A stretch of DNA of 64,000 nucleotides. Origin: Nitrospinales bacterium. GTDB lineage: Bacteria > Nitrospinota > Nitrospinia > Nitrospinales > VA-1. The notes beneath the pieces are model-generated. The model was not told the origin of the DNA and made no database searches. It saw nothing but the letters and a program-made list of their open reading frames with translations. The stretch is from NCBI GenBank assembly GCA_965223345.1, contig CBDCWG010000012.1, positions 1,600,001 to 1,664,000 on the forward strand. Direction: 5' to 3'. Shown one piece after another: positions 49,461 through 59,539 of the stretch; position 1 is the first letter of the stretch; the number at the start of each line of letters is the position of its first letter. Both the position numbers and the translations under genes were made by a program.

Positions 49461-49604
49461 ATGCTCTTGGAAGACGAGCTGGGAGATATTCTGGAGAAGG
49501 CGCGGCACGGCAAGGGTTTTTCCCAGCGGGATCTGGCGTGCGCGTCAGGGGTGGGGGAGGAGAAGCGCCACAACCCGTTTTTCTTCGGCAAGGTGTCCGC
49601 CTGA
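49461..49604 (+). pseudogene. Internally deleted HTH/metallo-beta-lactamase-fold gene remnant (47 aa, in frame)
   Basis: MLLEDELGDILEKARHGKGFSQRDLA (start of an HTH) joined directly to VGEEKRHNPFF (typical glyoxalase II/MBL C-terminus). Confidence 0.7.
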
Positions 49605-49695
49605 TTTCCGGCGTAGTTCCTGAATTCCCGGCGCTTGTTTTGTGCTATGATTTGATAGCGCTTGCGGTTCGATTCCGAGGGGTTATATTGGCGGC

Positions 49696-51267
49696 ATGGA
49701 CCCGGAAAAAGTCAATTATCATTACTGCGAAAACCTCCCCACGAAGCCCCTGAAGCCGGGCACGCGGGTTCTGGTGACGGGTGCGAACGGTTACGTGGCG
49801 CACCGTCTGATCCCGGAGCTCGTCGAACGCGGCTACACGGTGCGCTGCATGTTCCGCAACCGCAACATCCATCCTTTGCTCAAGCATCTGCGCATCGAAA
49901 ATGTGTTCGCCGATTGCCTGCACCGCGAGGAGCTGGTTCCCGCGCTGCAGGGGGTCGAGTACGCGTACTACCTCATCCACAGCATGCGCGCCAGCAAGAG
50001 CGAGTTTGTGGACCGCGACAAACGCGCGGCGTCGAATTTCATCCGCGCGGCGGAAGAGGCGGGCGTCAAGCGCATTCTTTATCTGGGTGGACTGGGCGAA
50101 ACCAACGAACGGTTGTCGCCGCATCTGAAAAGCCGCATGGAAGTGGGGGGGATCCTGTCCAGCGGCAGCGTTCCGGTGATCCGGCTGCGCGCGGCCATCA
50201 TCATCGGCACCGGCAGCGCGTCCTACGAGCTGCTCAAATCGTTGGTCACCCACAACCGTCTGATTCCGTTCCTGCCGGAGTTCGATTCCAAGTGCCAGCC
50301 GATCGCCATCCGCGATGTGATCAAATACCTAGTGGGTGTTCTGGAAACGCCCGGCCTGACCACGCGGGCCTATCACATCGGCTGCGGCGATGTGTTGTCC
50401 TACACGCAGCTGATCCGCCGCGTCGCCAAGATGCTCGGCCAGCGTGTGCGCCTGTTCAACGTGTCGTGGGTGCCGCTGCCGACGAATGTGATGTGCCGGT
50501 TGTACGCCTACTGGCTGCACCTGTTCAATTCGGTGCCGGTGAACATCGCGTCGCTGTTGCTGTCGAGCCTCAAGACCGATGTGGTGTGCACGGAAAACGA
50601 CATCCGCACCCTCCTGCCTTTCGAGACGCTGAATTTCAATGCGGCGGTCGAACGGGCGCAGCGCAAGGAAGCACAGTCCCGGGTGTACTCGCACTGGAGC
50701 GATGTGCCGCCCGAAGAGATGAGCGAGTTGCTGCCGCTGTGCGAGTACAACTCCTCGGAGTTCATGATCGATGAGCACTTCACGGACATTGCGGTGAAAC
50801 CGGAGGTGCTGTTTCCCGTGGTCTGCCGGATCGGCGGCAAACACGGCTGGGTGCACGCCAACATCCTCTGGGAGATCCGCGGCACCATCGACCGGATTCT
50901 CGGCGGGGTGGGTCTGTCGCGCGGCCGGCGTGACGACAACCAGCTTCGGGTCGGGGACTCGGTGGATTTCTGGCGCGTGGAAAAGCTCGTTCCCAATAAA
51001 GAGCTGTTGCTGCGCGCGGAGATGAAATCGCCGGGACTCTCTTGGCTGCAGTTCGTACTCGATCCCGTCAACCACGGCGCCACCCGTTTGACCTTACGGG
51101 CGCATTTCATCCCGCAGCCGTTCTGGGGCAATGTCTACTGGATGGCGATGGGGAAATTCCACAACTACATTTTCAAGGGCATGCTGGAGTATTTCGAAAA
51201 AGAGTCGGCCAACGCGCGCGATTCGCTGGAAGAAACGCCTGCCTACCGCATGCCGGTGGTGAAGTGA
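49696..51267 (+). CDS. YbjT-like NAD(P)-binding protein with DUF2867-like C-terminus
   Basis: VLVTGANGYVA, YYLIHSM, HLKSRMEVG, DFWRVE, LLLRAEMKSPG. Confidence 0.88.
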   Translation: MDPEKVNYHYCENLPTKPLKPGTRVLVTGANGYVAHRLIPELVERGYTVRCMFRNRNIHPLLKHLRIENVFADCLHREELVPALQGVEYAYYLIHSMRASKSEFVDRDKRAASNFIRAAEEAGVKRILYLGGLGETNERLSPHLKSRMEVGGILSSGSVPVIRLRAAIIIGTGSASYELLKSLVTHNRLIPFLPEFDSKCQPIAIRDVIKYLVGVLETPGLTTRAYHIGCGDVLSYTQLIRRVAKMLGQRVRLFNVSWVPLPTNVMCRLYAYWLHLFNSVPVNIASLLLSSLKTDVVCTENDIRTLLPFETLNFNAAVERAQRKEAQSRVYSHWSDVPPEEMSELLPLCEYNSSEFMIDEHFTDIAVKPEVLFPVVCRIGGKHGWVHANILWEIRGTIDRILGGVGLSRGRRDDNQLRVGDSVDFWRVEKLVPNKELLLRAEMKSPGLSWLQFVLDPVNHGATRLTLRAHFIPQPFWGNVYWMAMGKFHNYIFKGMLEYFEKESANARDSLEETPAYRMPVVK

Positions 51268-51283
51268 CGGGACGGCGGACCGC

Positions 51284-51736
51284 TCAGAGGGTTTTTTTGT
51301 AGGGGTTGGTTTTCCACTGCGCCGGTTGCGGCTGCAGGGTCTTGCGCGGGCGCTGGCGCGGCCGTTCGGCGGGAACCTCCACATCCAGCGGGTGGATGCG
51401 GTTGCGTTCGGTTCTTTCCTTGTAGGCGGGGTAGTGGCCGGTGATGATCTCTTTTTCGATCAGGTACTGCCAGGTGGGGTAGTCGGGCAGAAATCCTTTG
51501 TTGATCAGGGACTGGATGTGCTGGCGGTTGGCGTAAAACGGCAGGATCAGCCAACCGATCCCGGCGGTGATCACGGTGAGGGCGATGGATAAAAACACCC
51601 AGGAGAACATGCCCTTGTAAAGGTACCAGAGGAAATTGAAAAACAGGCAGGGCCAGGAAAAGCCCTCGCGGATTTTGCGCGGACGCCTGGTTCTGGGGTG
51701 ATGCATTTTCCCGATCAGCCGGCTCTTGCGTATCAT
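51284..51736 (-). CDS. DUF2628-like membrane protein
   Basis: GFSWPCLFFNFLWYLYKGM, PFYANR. Confidence 0.72.
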   Translation of the reverse strand: MIRKSRLIGKMHHPRTRRPRKIREGFSWPCLFFNFLWYLYKGMFSWVFLSIALTVITAGIGWLILPFYANRQHIQSLINKGFLPDYPTWQYLIEKEIITGHYPAYKERTERNRIHPLDVEVPAERPRQRPRKTLQPQPAQWKTNPYKKTL

Positions 51737-51881
51737 CTCAGGCCACCCCTCTCAAAAATTTCACAACCGTTCGGCATGGCTTGTGTGTCCCTTTCGGATT
51801 TCTGGAGATCGATAGTACCTGACTTTTTTTATCATTGAAACCCCGCTTCCAGTTTAATCGGCTTGACGTTTGTATTTTCGT

Positions 51882-52829
51882 TCATTCGGGAATCGTCAAA
51901 TCCGGATTCATGCGCACGATCGATGCTGTGTACTCGTCGCCCAGTTCCGGGAACAGGTCCGGGTGCGTGCAATACGCCAGGATTTCAATGGAATCGAGGA
52001 TCCGCGGTCCGGGCCGGTTGAAGTAGGCGTTGCCGTCGATGAGAAACACGTTGCCGGTCCGGCAGGCGGTCCACTTTTCCCAGGGCGCGCAGGCCTTCAA
52101 AACATCGAGTTCCCCCATGCTCTGGCGCAGCTTGAAACCGCAGGGCTTGACCACCACCACGTCGGGGTCGATCGTCTCCAGCTCAGCACGTGTCACTGTG
52201 CGCGCATGTTCCCCGGCGGCGGCGAACAGGGCTTCGCCCTGGACGATGTCGATCATCTCCGGCACCCACATGCCGCCGACCATCACCGGGTCCATCCATT
52301 CGATGGTCAGCACTTTCTTTTTTGTCTCCACGCCGCTGGCGCTGATCGTGCCCTCGATGACGGCGATGCGTTTGTCCACCGATTCCTGGAAGCGGCTGTA
52401 ATCTTCCAGTCGATCGAGTTTTTCCGCGACGTGGTGGATGTCTTTCCAGATGTCCGCGAGCCGATGCGGCCTCAGAGAAATCAGTTGCGTCTGCTCACCC
52501 AGAACCTGGCGGCAGGCGCTTTCCACCTGAGCGAAGGGAACCGCGCAGACGTCGCAGATGTCCTGCGTGATCACGAAATCCGGGCTCAGCGTGTCCAGCA
52601 GCTTGAGGTCCAGGTCATAAACCGAAAGCGTCTGCCTGATCAGCTCCTCGACGGAATCGTGAATGCGGCGGCTGGAATCCTGCGCGTTGATCTTCGATGC
52701 GGTGACGCGGGGAAGGTGCGAAACGGTGGCGGGGTAATCGCATTCGTGGGAGATCCCCACCAGGTGCGATTTCAATCCCAACTGACACACCACTTCGGTG
52801 GCTGAAGGAAGCAGGCTGACCAGTCTCAT
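51882..52829 (-). CDS. BtuF-like cobalamin/Fe-siderophore-binding family protein (no signal peptide)
   Basis: MRLVSLLPSATEVV, VGISHECDYP, DGNAYFNRPGPR. Confidence 0.88.
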   Translation of the reverse strand: MRLVSLLPSATEVVCQLGLKSHLVGISHECDYPATVSHLPRVTASKINAQDSSRRIHDSVEELIRQTLSVYDLDLKLLDTLSPDFVITQDICDVCAVPFAQVESACRQVLGEQTQLISLRPHRLADIWKDIHHVAEKLDRLEDYSRFQESVDKRIAVIEGTISASGVETKKKVLTIEWMDPVMVGGMWVPEMIDIVQGEALFAAAGEHARTVTRAELETIDPDVVVVKPCGFKLRQSMGELDVLKACAPWEKWTACRTGNVFLIDGNAYFNRPGPRILDSIEILAYCTHPDLFPELGDEYTASIVRMNPDLTIPE

Positions 52830-53110
52830 GGCGTCTCCGTGTTCGGCCCCGCAGTCTTGTGGATGCACGCGCCTTGCCTTCCCATCTCAAGCTGTGGCCG
52901 GGGATGGGGCGAGCGCTGCGCGAATGCATTGTTTGAATTTATTTTATAATTCCTCCGGCATTGTGCCAGAGAAATTTTTGATTTCGTTAAAGAAAAAGCG
53001 GTTTTTTGATGATATAGATGGGAAGATCCCGGCTTTTCGCAATGAAAATGTGACCGGTGTCACAAAATGCGGTGGATTTTTTTCTTGCGGCGGGTTTCAG
53101 AAAAAAAACA

Positions 53111-53174
53111 GTGAAAACCACCCATCAGAGGGTGCCGGAGGAGGAGTCAGTAAAACAAGATGGGTGGTTTTCAC
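53111..53174. terminator. 16-bp perfect inverted repeat with A and T tracts on either side
   Basis: GTGAAAACCACCCATC-N32-GATGGGTGGTTTTCAC downstream of HTH paralog 3. Confidence 0.7.
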
Positions 53175-53238
53175 ATTTTTTCAGTGAGCCTGCGATGGGT
53201 CCGGTGCCCAACCTCACTTCAGTTTGATTTGTTTCGCT

Positions 53239-53442
53239 TCACATGCCCTGGCCTTCGTTGAAAATCCGCGCCCGGTTGGAGAGTTTGTAACCGAGTGCCA
53301 GGATGATCTTGCGCTTGGTGTCGAGACGGCAATCGCCGCCGTTTTCGATACGGTGAATGGTCTGCACGGTGACCTGAGCTTTTCTCGCCAGCTCCGCCTT
53401 GCTCATCATTTTCGATTCCCTGATTTCGCGAACATGATTCAT
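53239..53442 (-). CDS. XRE-family HTH regulator (paralog 3)
   Basis: AGGAGG RBS; MMSKAELARKAQVTVQTIHRIENG. Confidence 0.9.
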   Translation of the reverse strand: MNHVREIRESKMMSKAELARKAQVTVQTIHRIENGGDCRLDTKRKIILALGYKLSNRARIFNEGQGM

Positions 53443-54084
53443 CGCTCTCCTCCTTCCCTGGAGTGTCGCCAACCTCATTGAAAACGACCGCCGCCCTGCG
53501 CGCGTTTTCAGACCCGGGTCCGGAACGCGGACAGGCCCTGGCTTTCATGAGCTCAACCGCGAGCGAATTCGCCCGAAAAAAACCCCTCCTGCGAACCCGC
53601 ACCACAGACGTAAAGCCTGTGGCGGGTGCCCACTGAAAACAGATTTACATTAACCGATGGCACCGAATTTACAAAATTATCGGGCTTTTGGCAACCATGA
53701 ATTTGCATTTTCTTACTCATTAATTTTTAAAATTAAATAAATCAATGTGCTTATTATTCAATTTTTTTGTGAATTCAGTTCCGGCTTCAGAATGTTGGTA
53801 AGACAGTGGTTGTAAATGAACCAAAAACGGGTTCGGTTGCCGCGGCACGGTCCGAAACGGTGCGCGCGGGAACGGGGTTTTCCGGAGAGACAACCCACTG
53901 CGAGCCGCAAAAGGCGGCCTCGGCCTCCCGCGTGCGGAGTGTGCAAAGGCCGCTTGACGAATGGAAAATTTGCCCTTATGTTTTAAACATCGGGGTCCTT
54001 ACAAACCGCGGGAAAAATTCGGTTTAGCGGGACGGCCCGGATTGATTGCGTACAACCCATCTCCACACCCTTGGACCCTTGGAT

Positions 54085-55230
54085 ATGAAACGTTTATCTC
54101 TGATTTGCGTCTGGATTTCAGTCATTTTTCTTGTCGGTTGCCCGCAGCCGAAAACGTCGAAAAGAATGCCCCCGCTTTTCTTCCTCGGGTACGCCCTCGA
54201 CACCGGCGCCGAACCTTCGTTTTTGATCACCGATGATTTCAACCGCGACAAGAAGCTCGATTTGATCGTGGCCAACAGCGGGGACCACACGTTTTCTTAC
54301 TACAAGGGCAATGGAGACGGGACTTTTCAGGATCAGCGGATCTTCAACACCGGGCACGACCCGATCTGCATCGTCGGCTCGGATTTCAATAAGGACGGGT
54401 ATCTGGATCTGGCGGTGTTGAATTACCAGGACCAGAATATTCAGATTTTTCTCAACACGCGGCTGGGCAGCTTCCAGCAGGTCAAAACCGTTCTCAAGCC
54501 CGGTAAAATCCCCATCAACCTGGAAGCGGGGGATTTGAACGGCGACGGGTTTCCCGATCTGGTCGTCACCATGCGCTACCACAAGGTGATGATCCTCATC
54601 GGCAAGGGGAACGGCCACTTTTACGATCCCAAAAAAGTCGATGTCGGCGGTCAGCCGACGGCGATCGTCATGGGCGATTACAACCACGATGAAAAACGCG
54701 ATGTGGCGGTTGCGCTCGCCGGGTCCGGCAACAAGGGCGTTCAGATCCTGTGGGGCAAGGGAGACGGCACGTTCCGCACTTCGAAGGTGTTTCGGGGAGG
54801 CGGTCAACCGCTGACGCTGGCCAACCTGGATGTCAACAAGGACGGCTTCATGGATCTGGTCACGTCCAGCAACGTCCTGCATTCGATGACCACCGTGATC
54901 AACAACGGCGACGAGACGTTCACCGCCCTCAGGGATTTTGCGTCCGGCAGTTTCCCCAAATTCGTGGCGGTCGCCGATTTCACAGGCGACGGCAATGAGG
55001 ACCTGGCGGTGTCGAACGCCACGGACGATTTCATCTCCGTTTCTCTCGGCAGGGGTGACGGCACGTTCACCTATCCGCCGATCTTCCACGGGGTCGACGA
55101 GTACCCGCAGGGGATCGCCACCGGCGATTTCAACAACGACGGGCTGATCGATCTTGCGGTGTCCTGCCGCGACGAAAAGATCATCGACATTCTCATCAAA
55201 AAGAACATGGTCAACCCCACCCCCTCATGA
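54085..55230 (+). CDS. FG-GAP/VCBS-repeat lipoprotein (beta-propeller)
   Basis: Lipobox LVGC; seven DFNxDGxxDL...GxGDGTF-type repeats. Confidence 0.9.
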   Translation: MKRLSLICVWISVIFLVGCPQPKTSKRMPPLFFLGYALDTGAEPSFLITDDFNRDKKLDLIVANSGDHTFSYYKGNGDGTFQDQRIFNTGHDPICIVGSDFNKDGYLDLAVLNYQDQNIQIFLNTRLGSFQQVKTVLKPGKIPINLEAGDLNGDGFPDLVVTMRYHKVMILIGKGNGHFYDPKKVDVGGQPTAIVMGDYNHDEKRDVAVALAGSGNKGVQILWGKGDGTFRTSKVFRGGGQPLTLANLDVNKDGFMDLVTSSNVLHSMTTVINNGDETFTALRDFASGSFPKFVAVADFTGDGNEDLAVSNATDDFISVSLGRGDGTFTYPPIFHGVDEYPQGIATGDFNNDGLIDLAVSCRDEKIIDILIKKNMVNPTPS

Positions 55231-55358
55231 CTCCTGCCCGAACTGGAAGTAGGCCCCGCCCGGTGGGGAATAACGCCGGCCGGGAACGGTAGTTACTGCC
55301 CTTTGGTATTTCTTGATAATTTCTTATGAATTATAGCCTATAGCCGAACATTGATTTT

Positions 55359-56459
55359 TTAAGATCCGTTATCGTAAAATCCGAAATCTGTATATCCTTC
55401 TTTTTCAAACGAAAACCAAGCGCCCGCATCCGCATCAGCAGCCAACGGCCAACCGTTACGAAACCGCTCGACAAGATCCGGGTTGCTGATAAAGGGACGT
55501 CCAAATGCGATCATATTTGCATTCTCTTCATGGATCGCTGCCTCCGCCGTCTCTTTTGTGTATCCACAATTCCCAATGATTGGACCGGAAAAAACATTGC
55601 GAAATTCCTTCAACATCATCGGTTCTCCTAGTTCATGAAAGCCGAATGCCAGACCATCGACTACGTGCAAATAAGCCAAACCCATTTTGTCTAGCTGACT
55701 GGCATAAAAGGTAAAAGCATCTCGATAGTCTTCAGAACCCATGTCATTGTAATTTCCATTGGGACTGAGACGAACACCGATCTTGTTGGCTGGCCAGACT
55801 TCCGTGATCGCAGTGACAACTTCATGAAGAAACCGAAACCGATTTTCAAGGCTTCCTCCGTAAGCGTCGGTCCGGGTGTTCGTTTTTGATTGGAGAAACT
55901 CGTCGAGTAAATACCCGTTGGCGCTGTGAACCTCCACCCCATCAAATCCTGCTTTTTTGGCTCTTCTTGCCGCAAGCTTGTAATCATTCACTATTTGAGG
56001 GATTTCATCGGTATCCAGGGCCCTGGGAACTTCGAGATCTTTTTTGCCATGTGGAGTATGGATGTATTCCAAATTGGGTTTAATGGCCGATGGAGCCACA
56101 GGAAGTTCACCGCCATGAAAAGCGCTGTGAGAGGCCCGGCCGCAATGCCACAATTGAAGAAAAATTTTCGAGCCTTTGGAATGGACTTTATCCGTAACGA
56201 TTTTCCAGCCTTCTGCTTGCTCATCCGTAAAGATCCCCGGTGCGTTAACCCAACCCACAGCTTGTTTAGAGATAAATGTTCCCTCTGTAATGAGCAATCC
56301 AGCCGCCGACCGTTGGTAATAATATTCTGCCATTAGCGCGTTGGCCGTTTGTTCTGAGCCCGCCCGGGCTCGAGTCATAGGTGCAAGAACAATACGATTT
56401 TGCAAAGTGAGATCGCCTAACTGGAACGGACTGAATAATGTGTTGCTCTCCGGATTCAT
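55359..56459 (-). CDS. Old yellow enzyme/NemA-like alkene reductase
   Basis: NRIVLAPMTRARA, QLWHCGRASH, GFDGVEVHSANGYLLDEF, FGRPFISNPDL; lower GC than flanks. Confidence 0.93.
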   Translation of the reverse strand: MNPESNTLFSPFQLGDLTLQNRIVLAPMTRARAGSEQTANALMAEYYYQRSAAGLLITEGTFISKQAVGWVNAPGIFTDEQAEGWKIVTDKVHSKGSKIFLQLWHCGRASHSAFHGGELPVAPSAIKPNLEYIHTPHGKKDLEVPRALDTDEIPQIVNDYKLAARRAKKAGFDGVEVHSANGYLLDEFLQSKTNTRTDAYGGSLENRFRFLHEVVTAITEVWPANKIGVRLSPNGNYNDMGSEDYRDAFTFYASQLDKMGLAYLHVVDGLAFGFHELGEPMMLKEFRNVFSGPIIGNCGYTKETAEAAIHEENANMIAFGRPFISNPDLVERFRNGWPLAADADAGAWFSFEKEGYTDFGFYDNGS

Positions 56460-56732
56460 CCTTTCTCTCCAACAATATTTTTCGGTGCAAATAAAATACA
56501 ATATTAAAATAAAAGGGCCTAATCAAAAAGACCACGCCCAAACATATCAAAACGAGATCGGATGAATTGAGAGCTATTCGGTTGTCAAATTGCGCAGAAG
56601 GAAGCGGCCCCCATAAATAACATTATTCCTTCCGACATTGGGTGACCGGCGAATTTCAAATATTCAATGTCCGCTTTGGGTCGGTAGCAGACCTGTCAGT
56701 CAGGTGAGAAGTTGAGATGTGGCAGGAAACGT

Positions 56733-57506
56733 TCAATAGGAGGCGCGGCTTATCTTTTTACTCCTTTGGGGCCAACGAACTTTGGCGGGAAACGGCATGA
56801 TTGCTTTTAATAGTCCAAAGGCAAACACGGCGTAGACGAAGGCATAGTTGGCTTCTTTGAGTTCATTGAGAGCTCTGAGAAATTGCCCAGGGGAACCGGA
56901 GAAAGAGAAATTGAAAATATGAAAAACGATGTAATTGATCAAAACCAGTCCACCGTACCAAAGAGGAATGGCGGGCATCTGGATTTTCTCAATGAAACGA
57001 TGAATGAGTGAGGAAATACGATTCAACAGAGGAATCAGAATAAACAAAGCAAAGGTAAACAGGGAAAATAAACTGGCCAGTACGAACAATTTCTCCAAAC
57101 CGGACTTGCTGCTTCCATCCGGATTGCCCGGCTCAAACATCCAGAGGTTATGCAGGTTGGTTTCCTGTTGGGCGTTGATCGCTTTAAACGATTCCGGAGT
57201 TTCCCAGCCCCAGATTCGTTGTCCCCAACTGATCTCTTCTCCGAAGCAGACAAAAAGAACGAGAGCCAGCAACAAATAATAAAACTTCCGGTAGTTCGCC
57301 GTTTTCTTTATTTCAGTTTCAGGGTCCCGTTTTCCGGAGATGAAAAAACAGATTAAGAGCATGCAAGATGCCAGCAGAAAGAATCCCGCTCCCAGACTTT
57401 CAATCCAGCCGTCTTCCTGCCCCAGGGGAATGACGATGGACGTATCGAGGAAGGCTATGAAATAAGTGGATATGATGAAAGCAAAAAGCAGGAGCTTTAA
57501 TTTCAT
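56733..57506 (-). CDS. Hypothetical multi-TM protein
   Basis: EDGWIESL, GEEISWGQRI, NAQQETNLHN motifs within a hydrophobic protein; lower GC. Confidence 0.75.
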   Translation of the reverse strand: MKLKLLLFAFIISTYFIAFLDTSIVIPLGQEDGWIESLGAGFFLLASCMLLICFFISGKRDPETEIKKTANYRKFYYLLLALVLFVCFGEEISWGQRIWGWETPESFKAINAQQETNLHNLWMFEPGNPDGSSKSGLEKLFVLASLFSLFTFALFILIPLLNRISSLIHRFIEKIQMPAIPLWYGGLVLINYIVFHIFNFSFSGSPGQFLRALNELKEANYAFVYAVFAFGLLKAIMPFPAKVRWPQRSKKISRASY

Positions 57507-57759
57507 CTCGCAAAACCCCAATGTATAGACAATAGTCTCCTAACATAATTCAAATCTATGGCATTACGGTTTAGGACCTGTCACGGTTGTGTCAAACCGA
57601 TGGAATTCCCCACCTTATCGGTCTGGCCGTGGTCAGGGAAACGGTCGAAGGGGGAATGGCCGGCATTGGCCTCTATCGAGGAGCCCGTTCAGGCAAACTC
57701 GAAGGCGGTTTTCGCTGGCGAAACCATGCCAGCGGTGCAGAATTGATCTGTTTTTTTGC

Positions 57760-59532
57760 TTAAAGAGCGGTTTTGGCTTCAGGGCGGAGGGTGAGTTCCT
57801 GAACGCCGCCTTCGGGCAGGACGCCGAGGATACGTCGGGGTTGCAGGTGTTGCGCGACTTCCAGCACGTTCTGATAGCCGGGCAGGTGGTTGTTGGCCAT
57901 GGGCAGCAGCACGCAATCGTAACGGCGGCGGCGCAGCGTATCGAGCAGCGCGTCATCGATGCGCTCGATGGCAAAAAATCCCGCGCCGTAGCTCAGGTAT
58001 TCGCGCACACCGGAAAGATCGCCGATCTCCCGGGCGACGGTCTCCTGCCCGAGCACATCGAGCATGATGTCCGGGAGTGCGGCGACGATCTGCTGGATCA
58101 TCCAGGTTCGCGCGCTACGCAGAAGGAGGACGGTGGCGCCGGATCGGAGGCTGCGGCGCAACGGGGTGTCTGTGTCCGCATACGATGCGCCCATTGAGGC
58201 GGCTTTGAGTTTGCCCTTGTCGAAGGCGTCCAGCGCGGCGTCGAACATGGACTTGATTTCCTGCGCCGGATAGTGCGGATAATCCACCACCACGTGACCG
58301 TTGCCGTCAAAATCCTGCCAGCCGGCCTGTTCAGTCAGGTAGGACGCGTCCACGCAGCTTTCGTAAAAATCGGTGCCGGGCTGCGGCGTGTTGATGGAAA
58401 CCTGCACCTCGTCGAGCAGCCCCTGGCTCGTCAGCTCGTGGATCAGGTCCACGGTTTTCCGGTCTTCCCGCCGGTCGGAGCCCAGCCCGCCCATGCTGAA
58501 GGTGGCGTAAAAGGTGAGGCCCAGCCGCTTGCCGAATTTCAAAATCGACCGCAGTTTTTTCAGGTCGTGTTTCTTTCCCAGGGTCATTTTGTCCGCCACC
58601 CGGTCGCTGCCGGTCTCGACGCCGAAACGGATTTTGTAGTACCCGGCCTGCACCATCTCTTTCAAGGCTTCCTCATCGAGGGACACGTATTCGCACAGGG
58701 CCTCGTATTTCAAATCGTCGAGTCCCGCCGCACGGATGGCGCGGGCGAGGCCGATGTTGAAGCTCTTTTTGATGTTGTGCACCTCCTCGTCGAAGAACAC
58801 GCCTTCCATTTCGGGATACTTGTCCCGCAGCGTGCGGATTTCCTCGACGACGCTGTCGATGTTGCGCGGCCGCCAGTTGAGCTCGTCGTAATACAGCGTG
58901 GCGGCTGCGCAGAAGTTGCAGCGGCGCGGGCATCCGCGCGAGGCGTACATCTGGATCTGGCGGTAGCGGCAGTTGGGCTCGTGGTAGTCCAGGCGGCGCA
59001 CGTCTTCATCTTCGGGAAAGGGCAGCGCGTCCACATCGATGAGTTCGCCGCGCGCGTTCGGATACACGCCGGGCAGGGTTTTCGGGTCCCTGCCGCGGAT
59101 GAGCTCGAGAACGGTGAACTCGTACTCTCCGATCAGGACGTGATCGGCCACTTCAAGCACTTCCTCAGGTTTGGCCATCGGGTGCTGGCCGGTGAAGACG
59201 AGCCTCGTGCCCCATTTCTCCTTTGCGGCCGCCGCCAGGCGCAAATCGGCGTGAATGGTGCGGGTCGAGCTTTCGAAGATCAGCCAGTCCGGGCGTTCGT
59301 TTTCCAGCGCCGCAAGATAGGCGTCGTGGTCCCAGCCATTCAGCACGCCGTCGAGAAACTTGACCCGGTGCGGGGTTTCCCGTTTTAAAAGCGCGGAGGT
59401 GTAGGCGAGCTGCCAGGGGTAGTAGCCGCAGTTGGTGAAGTTTTTCACGCCGAGCGACCAGCGCGAGGGGACGTGCACCATGTGGTAGCCCGCGCGGTCG
59501 ATGCCGACGGAGTTGGCGACGACGATGTTCAT
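57760..59532 (-). CDS. B12-binding-type radical SAM protein with C-terminal half-GT9-like domain (paralog B)
   Basis: ASRGCPRRCNFC, FFDEE, TPQPGT; C-terminal VLLLRSAR...GYQNV. Confidence 0.88.
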   Translation of the reverse strand: MNIVVANSVGIDRAGYHMVHVPSRWSLGVKNFTNCGYYPWQLAYTSALLKRETPHRVKFLDGVLNGWDHDAYLAALENERPDWLIFESSTRTIHADLRLAAAAKEKWGTRLVFTGQHPMAKPEEVLEVADHVLIGEYEFTVLELIRGRDPKTLPGVYPNARGELIDVDALPFPEDEDVRRLDYHEPNCRYRQIQMYASRGCPRRCNFCAAATLYYDELNWRPRNIDSVVEEIRTLRDKYPEMEGVFFDEEVHNIKKSFNIGLARAIRAAGLDDLKYEALCEYVSLDEEALKEMVQAGYYKIRFGVETGSDRVADKMTLGKKHDLKKLRSILKFGKRLGLTFYATFSMGGLGSDRREDRKTVDLIHELTSQGLLDEVQVSINTPQPGTDFYESCVDASYLTEQAGWQDFDGNGHVVVDYPHYPAQEIKSMFDAALDAFDKGKLKAASMGASYADTDTPLRRSLRSGATVLLLRSARTWMIQQIVAALPDIMLDVLGQETVAREIGDLSGVREYLSYGAGFFAIERIDDALLDTLRRRRYDCVLLPMANNHLPGYQNVLEVAQHLQPRRILGVLPEGGVQELTLRPEAKTAL

Positions 59533-59539
59533 GAAGGAC

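Noticed and set aside
53658..53673. Sigma-54-like site TGGCAC-CGAAT-TTACA
   Set aside because: It lacks the conserved GC at -12 and lies more than 400 nt from the next plus-strand gene.
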